NCBI GenBank assembly: GCA_965261735.1
Contig: OZ253470.1
Coordinates: forward strand, 1,312,001 to 1,376,000
DNA length: 64,000 nucleotides
Origin: Alphaproteobacteria bacterium
Lineage (GTDB): Bacteria > Pseudomonadota > Alphaproteobacteria > SHVV01
Direction: 5' to 3'
Shown piece after piece: positions 44,472 to 56,820 of this stretch. A program made the translations under genes and the position numbers. The notes beneath the pieces were generated by a model. It was not told where the DNA came from. It was given only the letters and a program-made list of their open reading frames with translations, and did no database searches. Each line of letters opens with the position of its first letter. The first letter of the stretch is position 1.

Positions 44472-45636
44472 GCGCATCCACTTCGCCGCCGCGCCCGCGC
44501 TGGCTCTGGCGCTGTGGGCCGTCGCGCCGGCCGCGGCCGCAGCCGAGGAGGCGCCGCGCCAGCGGCTCGAGGCGATCGAGCGGGCGCTCCATGAGGGGCG
44601 GGAGCGGGCGCGCGAGCTGGAGCGGGAAGCGGGAGCGCTCGAGCGCGAGGTCGGCGACTTACGCGCACGGCTGATCGCGGCGGCGGCGGTGGCGCGCCGC
44701 GAGGAGACGGCGGTCGTGGCCCTCGAGCGTAGGCTTCGGGCCTTCGAGGCCGAAGAGGCGAGCAGGAGTGCCGATCTCAAGCGCCGGCACCAGGCGCTGG
44801 CGGCGACGCTGGGCGCCCTGCAGCGGCTCGCCTACCGGCCGCCCGAAGCGCTCATCGTCAGCGCCGCGCCGCCCGTCGAGACCTTGCGCAGCGCGCTGCT
44901 GTTGGGCGCCCTCGTGCCCGAGCTCGAGGCGCGGGCGGCGGCACTCGGCGCCGAACTCAGCGCGCTCAAGGCGGTGCGCGAGGAGGTCGCCGAGGAAAAA
45001 CAACAGCTTGTGGGCGCATTGGCCCGCCTCGATAAGGAGCGGCAGGCGCTCGACCGTCTGATCGAGCGGCAGGCGCGGCGCCACCAGAGTGCCAGCGCCG
45101 CCTATCTCGAGCAGCAGCGGCGCCTCGCTCGCCTAGCCGCCGAGAGCAAGGACCTACACTCTCTCATGGCCAGGATCGCGAACACGCCCGCGGCCCCCGA
45201 TGTCGATCCCGCGCCACCGCGCCGATCCTTCATGGCGGCGCGCGGAACCATGCCCTTTCCGGTGCTCGGCACCATTGCGCGCAGGTTTGGCGAACCCGGC
45301 GAATTCGGCCGGGCGACCAAGGGAATCACCATCCTCGCCCGGCGCGGCGCCGAGGTGATTGCGCCACACGACGGGCGCATCGTGTTCGCGGGGCCGTTCC
45401 GCGGCTACGGGCTCCTCTTGATAATCAGCCACGGCGAGCGATATCATACTTTGATCGCGGGCATGGCCCGCATAGATGGTGTCGTAGGTCAACGGCTGCT
45501 CGCCGGTGAGCCGGTTGGGCGCATGGGCGAAGCGACGGACCTTCAACCGAGGTTATATGTCGAGTTGCGCCGGGCGGGCGAGCCGATCAACCCGCTACCC
45601 TGGCTGAGCGCGAGCGAAGGAAAGGTAAGCGGATAA
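44464..45636 (+). CDS. envC: murein hydrolase activator EnvC family (coiled coil + degenerate M23)
   Basis: Signal peptide, long coiled coil, FAGPFRGYG, LYVELR...PINP. Confidence 0.85.
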   Translation: MFERIHFAAAPALALALWAVAPAAAAAEEAPRQRLEAIERALHEGRERARELEREAGALEREVGDLRARLIAAAAVARREETAVVALERRLRAFEAEEASRSADLKRRHQALAATLGALQRLAYRPPEALIVSAAPPVETLRSALLLGALVPELEARAAALGAELSALKAVREEVAEEKQQLVGALARLDKERQALDRLIERQARRHQSASAAYLEQQRRLARLAAESKDLHSLMARIANTPAAPDVDPAPPRRSFMAARGTMPFPVLGTIARRFGEPGEFGRATKGITILARRGAEVIAPHDGRIVFAGPFRGYGLLLIISHGERYHTLIAGMARIDGVVGQRLLAGEPVGRMGEATDLQPRLYVELRRAGEPINPLPWLSASEGKVSG

Positions 45637-46952
45637 TGCGGAAGCCCCTGGTGGCGGGCCTTGCCGGCCTGGCCCTTTTGCTGGTTCCCGCCGCGGCAAC
45701 CGCCGCGAGTTCGGACACTTATCGCCACCTCAACCTGTTCGGTGACGTGTTCGAGAGGATCCGCAAGGACTACGTCGAGGAAATCGACGAGGGCGAACTG
45801 ATCGAGGCCGCGATCAAGGGCATGCTGTCCTCTCTCGATCCCCATTCCAGCTACCTCAATCCCGAGTTCTTCAAGAAGATGAACGAGGATACGAGGGGCG
45901 CCTTCGGCGGGCTCGGGATCGAAGTGAGCATGGACCAGAACGGGCTCGTTCGGGTCATCGCGCCGATCATCGACACGCCGGCCTTTCGTGCCGGGGTCGA
46001 GGCGGGCGACCTGATCACCCACCTCGACGGCGAGCAGGTGTTGGGCATGACCCTGCACGAGGCGGTCGACAAGATGAAGGGGCAGATCAATACCGATATC
46101 ACGCTCACCATCCTGCGTACCGGCGCAGAGGAACCGCTCAGCATTACGATCAAGCGCGACACGATCAAGGTCAACCCGGTGCGTTTTCGCACCGAGGGCA
46201 ACGCCGCGTATGTGTGGATCACGACGTTCAACGAGCAAGCCGAATCAGGCCTCAAGAAGGCAATGGCGAGCCTCGGCGCCGAACTCGGCGAGGCCATCGA
46301 GGGCGTCATCCTCGACTTGCGCGGCAATCCCGGCGGTCTGCTCGACCAGGCGATCGCGATCTCCGATGCCTTCCTCAACCAGGGCGAGATCGTATCAACC
46401 CGCGGGCGTCAGCCCGAGGACGCCAACCGCTACAACGCGCGCGAGGGCGACATCGCCAACGGCAAGCCGATTATCGTGTTGATCAACAGCCAATCGGCCT
46501 CGGCCTCGGAAATCGTCGCCGGCGCGCTGCAGGACCACGAGCGCGCGATCATCATGGGCACCAAGTCCTTCGGCAAGGGTTCGGTACAGACCATCATGCC
46601 GTTGGCCGGCCGCGGCGCCATCAAGCTCACGACGTCGCGCTACTTTACGCCGTCGGGTCGGTCGATCCAGGCGACCGGTATCGTGCCCGATATCGTCGTC
46701 GAGCAGGCGCGTATTGAGCGGCTCGAAAGCGAGCCGGAGCGTAGCGAGGCCAACCTGCGCAACCACCTCAAAGGCGAGGGCACCGAGTCGCCGAGCGCGG
46801 TGCAGCCGGGCGCCGACGCGACCGAGCCCGAGCCGGCGGCGAGCGCGGATGCGGCTGGGGCACAGCCCGAGAAGCTCGAGGACTACCAGCTCGCGCGAGC
46901 CATCGACCTGCTGCGCGGCATCTCCATGTTCGGCGATCGCCTCGCGAACTGA
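45636..46952 (+). CDS. ctpA: C-terminal processing protease (S41, PDZ)
   Basis: LDPHS, FGGLGIEV, DLRGNPGGLL, SASASEIVAGALQD, FGKGSVQ. Confidence 0.95.
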   Translation: MRKPLVAGLAGLALLLVPAAATAASSDTYRHLNLFGDVFERIRKDYVEEIDEGELIEAAIKGMLSSLDPHSSYLNPEFFKKMNEDTRGAFGGLGIEVSMDQNGLVRVIAPIIDTPAFRAGVEAGDLITHLDGEQVLGMTLHEAVDKMKGQINTDITLTILRTGAEEPLSITIKRDTIKVNPVRFRTEGNAAYVWITTFNEQAESGLKKAMASLGAELGEAIEGVILDLRGNPGGLLDQAIAISDAFLNQGEIVSTRGRQPEDANRYNAREGDIANGKPIIVLINSQSASASEIVAGALQDHERAIIMGTKSFGKGSVQTIMPLAGRGAIKLTTSRYFTPSGRSIQATGIVPDIVVEQARIERLESEPERSEANLRNHLKGEGTESPSAVQPGADATEPEPAASADAAGAQPEKLEDYQLARAIDLLRGISMFGDRLAN

Positions 46953-46984
46953 CAGCGCCGACGGGGGCCTGACGGCGGCACGAC

Positions 46985-48403
46985 GTGGCAAGAGGACCCT
47001 CGGCGCAGCGACGAGAGGCAAGGCAGGAAGGACGACCACGGCGGCGAGTTGGCGCACTCGCCATAGCCTCTCTCTCGCTTGCGGTGCTCCTGGGTGCTTT
47101 GGTCGGGTGGCTCGCGGTCAGCGATGAGGCGCGCCGACGCTCAGCGTCCGCCGGCATCACCACGGTAGTCCTTGACATGCCGCCACCGCCGGCGAGCGGC
47201 GGGACGGCCCCCGAGGGTAAGGCCGAGGCCACCGAAACGCCTCCCGCGCCCACGCCGGCCGCAGCGGACGGGGCGGGCCCAGGGCCCTCGATTGCAGGCG
47301 ATACGCCAGAACCCTCGATCGTACCCTCGATCGCGGAGGCCGCGCCGCCCGCGGCAGGCGAGCCCGCGCCACCGGTGCAAGAGGCCCGGGCCGAGGCCAA
47401 GGTAGAGGCAGAGGCAGAGGCAGAGGCAGAGCCGGCACCCGACGTCGCTGGCCATGCCGAAGAGTCTCCGTCCGCCGGCGGCGAGCAGCCCGCGTCACCG
47501 ACCGAGGAAGCCGAGAAAGCGCCCACGCGGGTCGCCGCTGCGGCGCCGGAAACGCCGCCGCCAAGCCCGCCGGCAGGCGCCCTGGGGCCGCAGATAGCGC
47601 TCGCCCCGGTGCCGGACCCGGGCCTGGTACGGGACAGCCCCGATGGGCCGCTGCCCGTCATCGCTCCCGACGGCCGGGAGCCCTGGCGGGTTTATGCCCG
47701 GCCGTTCAGCACGGCCAGCGACCGGCCGCGTGTCGCCATCCTGTTGCGCGGCATCGGTCTCAGCCAATCGGCGTCCAATGCCGCCATTCAGCAGCTACCA
47801 GGTGAAATCACACTGGCGTTGGCGGCCTACGCCCCCAACCTCACCACCTGGGTCGCCACCGCGCGCGCGGCCGGTCACGAGGTGCTGCTGCAGGTGCCGA
47901 TGGAGCCGCACGACTACCCGGCAAGCGACCCGGGACCCCACACCCTGTTGACCTCGTTGTCCGCGGACGCGAACGGCGAGAGGCTGCAATGGCTCCTCGG
48001 CCGGTTCGCCGGATATGTCGGCATCGCCAACATTGCGGGGGCCAAGTTCGCGACCTCGCCGGACCACGTGCGGCCCATCCTGCTGGCGCTCAAGGAGCGC
48101 GGGCTGATGATCGTGGACGGGCGCGCCGCCCGCAACAGTCTGCTGGCCCCGATCAGCGGCGAGGTCGGCGTTCCTCACGCGATCAACAACCGGGTCATCG
48201 ACAACGAAGCCTCGCGCGTCGCCATCGACGCGCGCCTGTTAGAGCTCGAACGCATCGCCCAATCGGTGGGCTTTGCGGTCGGTATCGGCTACCCCTTCCC
48301 GGTTACCATCGAGCGCCTCGCCGCCTGGGTGAAGACGCTCGATCAGAAGGGCTTGGCGCTGGCGCCGGTGTCGGCCGTCGCGGTGAGCGAGGGCGGCGAG
48401 TGA
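46985..48403 (+). CDS. divergent polysaccharide deacetylase (YibQ family) with Pro/Ala/Glu linker
   Basis: N-terminal TM segment, low-complexity linker, GHEVLLQVPMEP.DYP..DPGP, GFAVGIG. Confidence 0.88.
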   Translation: MARGPSAQRREARQEGRPRRRVGALAIASLSLAVLLGALVGWLAVSDEARRRSASAGITTVVLDMPPPPASGGTAPEGKAEATETPPAPTPAAADGAGPGPSIAGDTPEPSIVPSIAEAAPPAAGEPAPPVQEARAEAKVEAEAEAEAEPAPDVAGHAEESPSAGGEQPASPTEEAEKAPTRVAAAAPETPPPSPPAGALGPQIALAPVPDPGLVRDSPDGPLPVIAPDGREPWRVYARPFSTASDRPRVAILLRGIGLSQSASNAAIQQLPGEITLALAAYAPNLTTWVATARAAGHEVLLQVPMEPHDYPASDPGPHTLLTSLSADANGERLQWLLGRFAGYVGIANIAGAKFATSPDHVRPILLALKERGLMIVDGRAARNSLLAPISGEVGVPHAINNRVIDNEASRVAIDARLLELERIAQSVGFAVGIGYPFPVTIERLAAWVKTLDQKGLALAPVSAVAVSEGGE

Positions 48404-48921
48404 GCCCACCCCGAAAGGGCGGGCTCGCGTACCGCCGCGGCGTCGGCATGATGGTGCTCAACGAATGCAATCGGGTGCTCGTCGCGCGCCGGCGCGATAT
48501 CTCGGCGGAGGCCTGGCAGATGCCCCAAGGCGGCATCGACCGCGGCGAGACGCCACGCCGCGCGGCGCTGCGCGAGCTGGGCGAGGAGATCGGCACCGAC
48601 AGGGCGGTGATCATCGGCGAGAGCCGCGGTTGGCTGAGCTACGACCTGCCGCCCGACCTGGTCGGCAAGGCCCTGCGCGGCCGCTATCGAGGCCAACGCC
48701 AGAAATGGTTCGTCCTGCGCTTCACGGGCAGTGAGCGCGATATCGACGTCGCCGGCGCTCACGCCGAATTCACCGACTGGAAATGGATCCCCGTCGAGGA
48801 GCTGCCCGACATCATCGTCGGCTTCAAGCGTCCCCTCTACGAGGCGATTCTCGCCGAGTTTCGCGCCCTACTCGAAGGGGACGGGGCGGCCGGTAAGGCG
48901 GCGACGCGGTCGCAGCGTTGA
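48400..48921 (+). CDS. rppH: RNA pyrophosphohydrolase
   Basis: YRRGVG, WQMPQGGID.GE...AA.RELGEEIG Nudix box, GQRQKWF. Confidence 0.93.
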   Translation: MSPPRKGGLAYRRGVGMMVLNECNRVLVARRRDISAEAWQMPQGGIDRGETPRRAALRELGEEIGTDRAVIIGESRGWLSYDLPPDLVGKALRGRYRGQRQKWFVLRFTGSERDIDVAGAHAEFTDWKWIPVEELPDIIVGFKRPLYEAILAEFRALLEGDGAAGKAATRSQR

Positions 48922-48958
48922 CGTGGTCACAGTGGTGACGCGGTCACGACGATGACGC
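48901..48958. repeat. 17-bp-period tandem array of 13-bp palindromes
   Basis: GCGACGCGGTCGC (48901), TTGACGTGGTCAC (48918), GTGACGCGGTCAC (48935), partial ATGACGC (48952). Confidence 0.75.
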
Positions 48959-48989
48959 AGCGCCCTCGCGCGCACTGACGCCGCGGCCC

Positions 48990-50204
48990 ATGAGCGATGC
49001 GCCTGCCCCCGGCCTCACCCGCGCGCTCGGCCTGTGGCGACTGGTCTTCTATGCGCTCGGCACCATTATCGGCGCCGGCATCTACGTGCTGCTGGGAGAG
49101 GTCGCCGGGCGCGCGGGCGCCTCGACACCGCTCTCCTTCATCACCGCCGGCGCCCTCGCCGCGTTGACCGGACTGTCCTATGCGGAACTCGCGGCCCGCC
49201 ACCCCGAGGCCGCCGGCGCCGCCGCGTACGTCCGCCACGCGTTCAACTCGGATGCGCTCTCGCACGTGGTCGGCCTCGCCATCGCCGCCGCCACGGTGGT
49301 CGCGGCGGCCTCGATCGCCCGCGGCAGCGCCGGGTACCTGCAGCAGTTCGTCTCCTTGCCCGACGCGCTCCTGGCTGGCGGGGTCGTCGTGGCGTTCACG
49401 GCCGTGGCCTGCGTTGCGGTGACCCTCAGCGTTGGCGCGGCGGCACTATTGTCGGTGGTCGAGGTCGCCGGCCTGCTTCTGGTGATTCTCGTTGGCGCCC
49501 CGGCGCTACTCGATTTCCCGGCGCACGCCGGCGCGCTCATCCCCGATGACGCGGCCGGCTGGCGCGCCACGATGGGGGGCGCCTTCCTCGCCTTCTTCGC
49601 CTTTCTCGGCTTCGAGTCGCTGACCAACATGGCCGAGGAAACGAAGGACCCGAGCCGCACTTTGCCGCGGGCGATCCTGCTCGCCATCGCCATCACCGCC
49701 TTCTTCTACACCGTGGTGGCGCTGGTCGCCGTGCTCGCCGTTCCGCCGAGCGAACTCGCCTACTCGAAGGCCGCCCTCCTCCTGATCGTCGCGCGCGCGC
49801 CCATCGATGTGGTGGCGGTGTTCGCGGTCATCGCCGGCATCTCGACGGTCAACGGCGTGTTGGTCGAGATATTGCGGGTCTCACGGCTCACCTACGGCAT
49901 GGCGCGCGTGGGATTGCTGCCGCACTTCCTGCAGCGGGTCAACGCGCGCACCCGCACGCCCGTCAACACCACGGTGCTTGTCGGCGGCATCACGCTGGCG
50001 CTCACGGTGACGCTCGATTTCGGTGTCCTCGTCCGCGCGACCAGTGCGGTGACGCTGTTGATCTTTATTGCCGTCAACCTAGCGCTGTGGCGGCTCAAGC
50101 GGCGCGATCCGCGGCCCGAGCTCAGCTTTCATGCGCCGCGCTGGGCGCCGCCGGTGGGGGCGGCCGCCTGCGCCGGCCTGATCGTGGCGGAACTGTCGAG
50201 GTAG
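48990..50204 (+). CDS. APC family amino acid permease
   Basis: GTIIGAGIY, SYAELAA, FFAFLGFE...AEE, RLTYGMAR. Confidence 0.92.
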   Translation: MSDAPAPGLTRALGLWRLVFYALGTIIGAGIYVLLGEVAGRAGASTPLSFITAGALAALTGLSYAELAARHPEAAGAAAYVRHAFNSDALSHVVGLAIAAATVVAAASIARGSAGYLQQFVSLPDALLAGGVVVAFTAVACVAVTLSVGAAALLSVVEVAGLLLVILVGAPALLDFPAHAGALIPDDAAGWRATMGGAFLAFFAFLGFESLTNMAEETKDPSRTLPRAILLAIAITAFFYTVVALVAVLAVPPSELAYSKAALLLIVARAPIDVVAVFAVIAGISTVNGVLVEILRVSRLTYGMARVGLLPHFLQRVNARTRTPVNTTVLVGGITLALTVTLDFGVLVRATSAVTLLIFIAVNLALWRLKRRDPRPELSFHAPRWAPPVGAAACAGLIVAELSR

Positions 50205-50205
50205 G

Positions 50206-51024
50206 TTATGCGGCCAAGCGGTCAAGGTGGCGGACGCGGACGCGCATGAGCCACCAGACGGCGCGCGCGGCCATCGCAGCGAGGGTGCCGTGCGGGTTGA
50301 GCCCGACCGCCTTGAGGATCATGGCGATGCCGCGGACGACATGGTCGTAACGGTAGAGGGGATAGGTGCGGCGAACATAGGCGCGGTTGAAGCGCCGCCG
50401 GTCGTAGGGAGCGCTCTCGCCGAGCCCGCAATAGTAGGCGTAGGCGAGCTCGTCGTCGTTGCTCTCGATGAAACGAACGAGCGAGGCACGCAGGCGAGTG
50501 AGCAGCACCGGTCGCTCGCGCGCGAGGTAGCGCTGGAGATGGGTGTAGAACAGCTTGTAGTGGCGGATTTCATCCCTCGCGATGTGGCGGCAGATGGCCT
50601 TGAGCGCGGGCTCGTCGGTGGCGTCGCGCAGAGCGCTGTAGAACGAGCTCGTGCCGACCTCGACCATGCAGCGCGCGATGAGCTCGCCGCTGCGCGAACC
50701 GCGTACCGATTCGGTCGCCGTCAGCGGAAGCCGGTGCTTTTCCGTGTAGCGCGCGAAGCTGGCTGCGAAATCGAACGACGGATCGGCGAGCTCGGCCCAG
50801 CGGCCGAGGGCACGCCCGTGCTGCAGCTCCTCCTCGCCCCAAGCCCGCGCCGCCGCGATGAACTCGGGATCGTCGCGGAACACGCTGGCGAGGTAGGCGA
50901 CGTAGTCCTCGGCATCGTGCTCGACCACGGATGCCGCCTTGACCGCCTCGAGCTCGGCCGGCTCAACCTTCGACGCGTCGAACCGGTGCCAAGGAATATC
51001 CTCCAGCGTCCAGTGCCTGCCCAT
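50206..51024 (-). CDS. ferritin-like di-iron domain protein
   Basis: HWTLEDIPW, VE, W..EELQH, VEVGTS..Y, IARDEIRH (paired ExxH). Confidence 0.85.
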   Translation of the reverse strand: MGRHWTLEDIPWHRFDASKVEPAELEAVKAASVVEHDAEDYVAYLASVFRDDPEFIAAARAWGEEELQHGRALGRWAELADPSFDFAASFARYTEKHRLPLTATESVRGSRSGELIARCMVEVGTSSFYSALRDATDEPALKAICRHIARDEIRHYKLFYTHLQRYLARERPVLLTRLRASLVRFIESNDDELAYAYYCGLGESAPYDRRRFNRAYVRRTYPLYRYDHVVRGIAMILKAVGLNPHGTLAAMAARAVWWLMRVRVRHLDRLAA

Positions 51025-51074
51025 CACGCCCCCGCGGTGCGTACTCTGGCAACAGCCCATTTTACCTTAGGCAA

Positions 51075-51103
51075 GGGCCTCCGCCAACCGCGGGGGGAGG
51101 CCC
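51075..51103 (-). terminator. possible hairpin at the end of the atp operon
   Basis: GGGCCTCC...GGAGGCCC 8-bp stem immediately after the atpC stop; weak U-tail. Confidence 0.35.
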
Positions 51104-51505
51104 CTACGACAGCGCGCTCAACATGTCTTTCAGGAGCTGGAGCGCGCCTTCGGCGTGGTGGCGCTCGTCGTCGGTGGTGGCGTCTGCGAGATCTTCCTCG
51201 GTGTCGCGGATGCGCGCCTCAAGGGTGGCGCGGTCGAGCTCGGCCACCGGTACCGCCTCCTCGGCCAGCACCACGCACGCCTCGTTGGTGACCTCGGCGA
51301 AGCCGCCGCGCACGAACACGCGCTCGGGCGCGGCACCCTCGTCGTGGATCTCGATCACGCCGGGGCGCAGACCCGAAACGACCGGCTGGTGGCCCGCGAG
51401 GACCCCGAAGTCGCCCTCGGTGCCAGGAATAACGACCATGTCGGCCGCGACCGACATCACCAGGCGGTCGGGCGAGACCAGCTCGAAGGCGACCTTGTTG
51501 GCCAT
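51104..51505 (-). CDS. atpC: F1 ATP synthase epsilon
   Basis: FELVSP, PGTEGDFGVLAGH, FVRGGFAEV. Confidence 0.96.
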   Translation of the reverse strand: MANKVAFELVSPDRLVMSVAADMVVIPGTEGDFGVLAGHQPVVSGLRPGVIEIHDEGAAPERVFVRGGFAEVTNEACVVLAEEAVPVAELDRATLEARIRDTEEDLADATTDDERHHAEGALQLLKDMLSALS

Positions 51506-51517
51506 CGTAAGCAGGCC

Positions 51518-53852
<2,335 letters not shown>

Positions 53853-53902
53853 GAATCGCCTGGCTGAGCGCGCGCGTTGTGCCCGGATCCCCTATCCGGG
53901 GC

Positions 53903-55431
<1,529 letters not shown>

Positions 55432-55432
<1 letters not shown>

Positions 55433-55992
55433 CACCGGACCCCTTTCATGGCCAGCTCCAGGCGCTCGAGCTTGGTGCGTATCGAGGCATCGATCATGCG
55501 TGAGCCGAGGCGCACGACGAGCCCGCCGATGAGGCCGTCATCCACCTTGAGTGCGACCTTGACCTCGCGCCCCATGGCGCGCGCGAGGCCGGCGGCGAGC
55601 GCTTTCATCTGCGACGGGCTGAGCTCCTTGGCGGCGGCGACCTCGGCCGTGAGCTCGCCACGATGGTGGGCGAGCAGAGCGCGAAACGCGTCGATCATGG
55701 CGGCGAGCGCGAACAGCCGGCGGTTGTGCGCCACGAGCCCGAGGAAGCGCCGCGTGATCTCGTGCATCTCCGCCTTTTCCGCCAGCGCCGCCATGGCCCG
55801 GGCCTGGTCCTCGCGGGCCAGCACCGGGCTCCTCAGCAGTCGCCCGAGGTCCTCGCTTTCGGCCATCATCGCCACCAGCGAATCGAGGTCGTCGGCCACC
55901 GCATCGAGGACGCCGGCCTCTTCCGCCAGCTCGAACAAAGCGGAGGCGTAACGGCCGGCGAGGCCGGAGACGAACGAGCTTGCGGCAGCCAC
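55432..55992 (-). CDS. atpH: F1 ATP synthase delta
   Basis: [29 protein letters not shown]; GTG start. Confidence 0.96.
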
Positions 55993-56097
55993 CTGAGATG
56001 CCTTGGATTGACCTGGACCGGCTAATCTAGCCTTTTGAAAATACTGAACAAATGAACGGCGGGAGGGACTCTGACGACCCCGCCGGAAAGCCGCGGA

Positions 56098-56126
56098 TAC
56101 CTAGCACAGAGCCATCGGCCATGCAA
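56098..56126 (-). promoter_or_regulatory. candidate sigma70 promoter of the atpHAGDC operon
   Basis: Minus strand reads TTGCAT-N17-TAGGTA, with the -10 preceded by GC as is typical of alphaproteobacterial promoters. Confidence 0.5.
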
Positions 56127-56275
56127 CCCGGCGGGGTCGACCGGTGCGGCACCGAGGGCAGCGTAGTGCCTGACCGGAAGGGGTGCCAGGGCGCTGGAGC
56201 CTGAACGCGCTTCGAAATCATAGGTTTTCGCCAAGGCGATACCACGACCTGCTATGAAAGCTCGGATCAAAGGGC

Positions 56276-56530
56276 ATGGATGCGGCCATGAAGCGAAACA
56301 CCATCGTCGTGCGTGCGCAATGGGACCCCGAGGCAGAGGTTTGGGTCGCAACCAGCGACGATCTGCCCGGCCTGGTCACCGAGGCGGACAATCAGCAGGA
56401 GCTCGTAAAGAAGCTCCACGACATGATTCCCGATTTGCTTGAGGGCGAGGAATTTGGCGGCGGGGATCTCGCCGAGATCCCGGTCATGATCATGTCGGAG
56501 CAGCTGGAAAAGGTGCGCCTGCGCGCCTAG
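56276..56530 (+). CDS. DUF1902 / HicB-like antitoxin
   Basis: VRAQWDPEAEVWVATSDDLPGLVTEAD....L..MIPDLL; no C-terminal DNA-binding domain. Confidence 0.88.
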   Translation: MDAAMKRNTIVVRAQWDPEAEVWVATSDDLPGLVTEADNQQELVKKLHDMIPDLLEGEEFGGGDLAEIPVMIMSEQLEKVRLRA

Positions 56531-56721
56531 AACCTTTTTTCTAGCCCCGCCGACTTGGGTCTCTCGTTTGCGGTATGGCGGGATTCGATCTTCCCGTCCA
56601 CCGTGATCCTTCGGTTGGTGATGGGGCTGTACCAAATCTCATGGTCGCCCTTTCCCTGCCGCACGAACTGACAGCCTTCCTCGGCCAGTTCCTCCCTCAC
56701 CCCCTGTCCATAGTCGGCCAT
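56527..56721 (-). CDS. hicA: HicA family mRNase toxin
   Basis: GCQFVRQGKGDHEIWYSPIT...V..SRHTAN...AGL, including the catalytic His. Confidence 0.85.
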   Translation of the reverse strand: MADYGQGVREELAEEGCQFVRQGKGDHEIWYSPITNRRITVDGKIESRHTANERPKSAGLEKRF

Positions 56722-56820
56722 CGCACTGAACCGCCGCTCACTTCGTATAGACCCATCGAACTTGATCTATACGCCGTTACCACCAAGGAAACAAAGACAT
56801 CACCGAGCGGTGCCAACGCT

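Noticed and set aside
53881-53902. Terminator between atpA and atpG
   Set aside because: Short CCCGGAT/ATCCGGG stem without a U-tract inside an operon; at most an mRNA stability hairpin.
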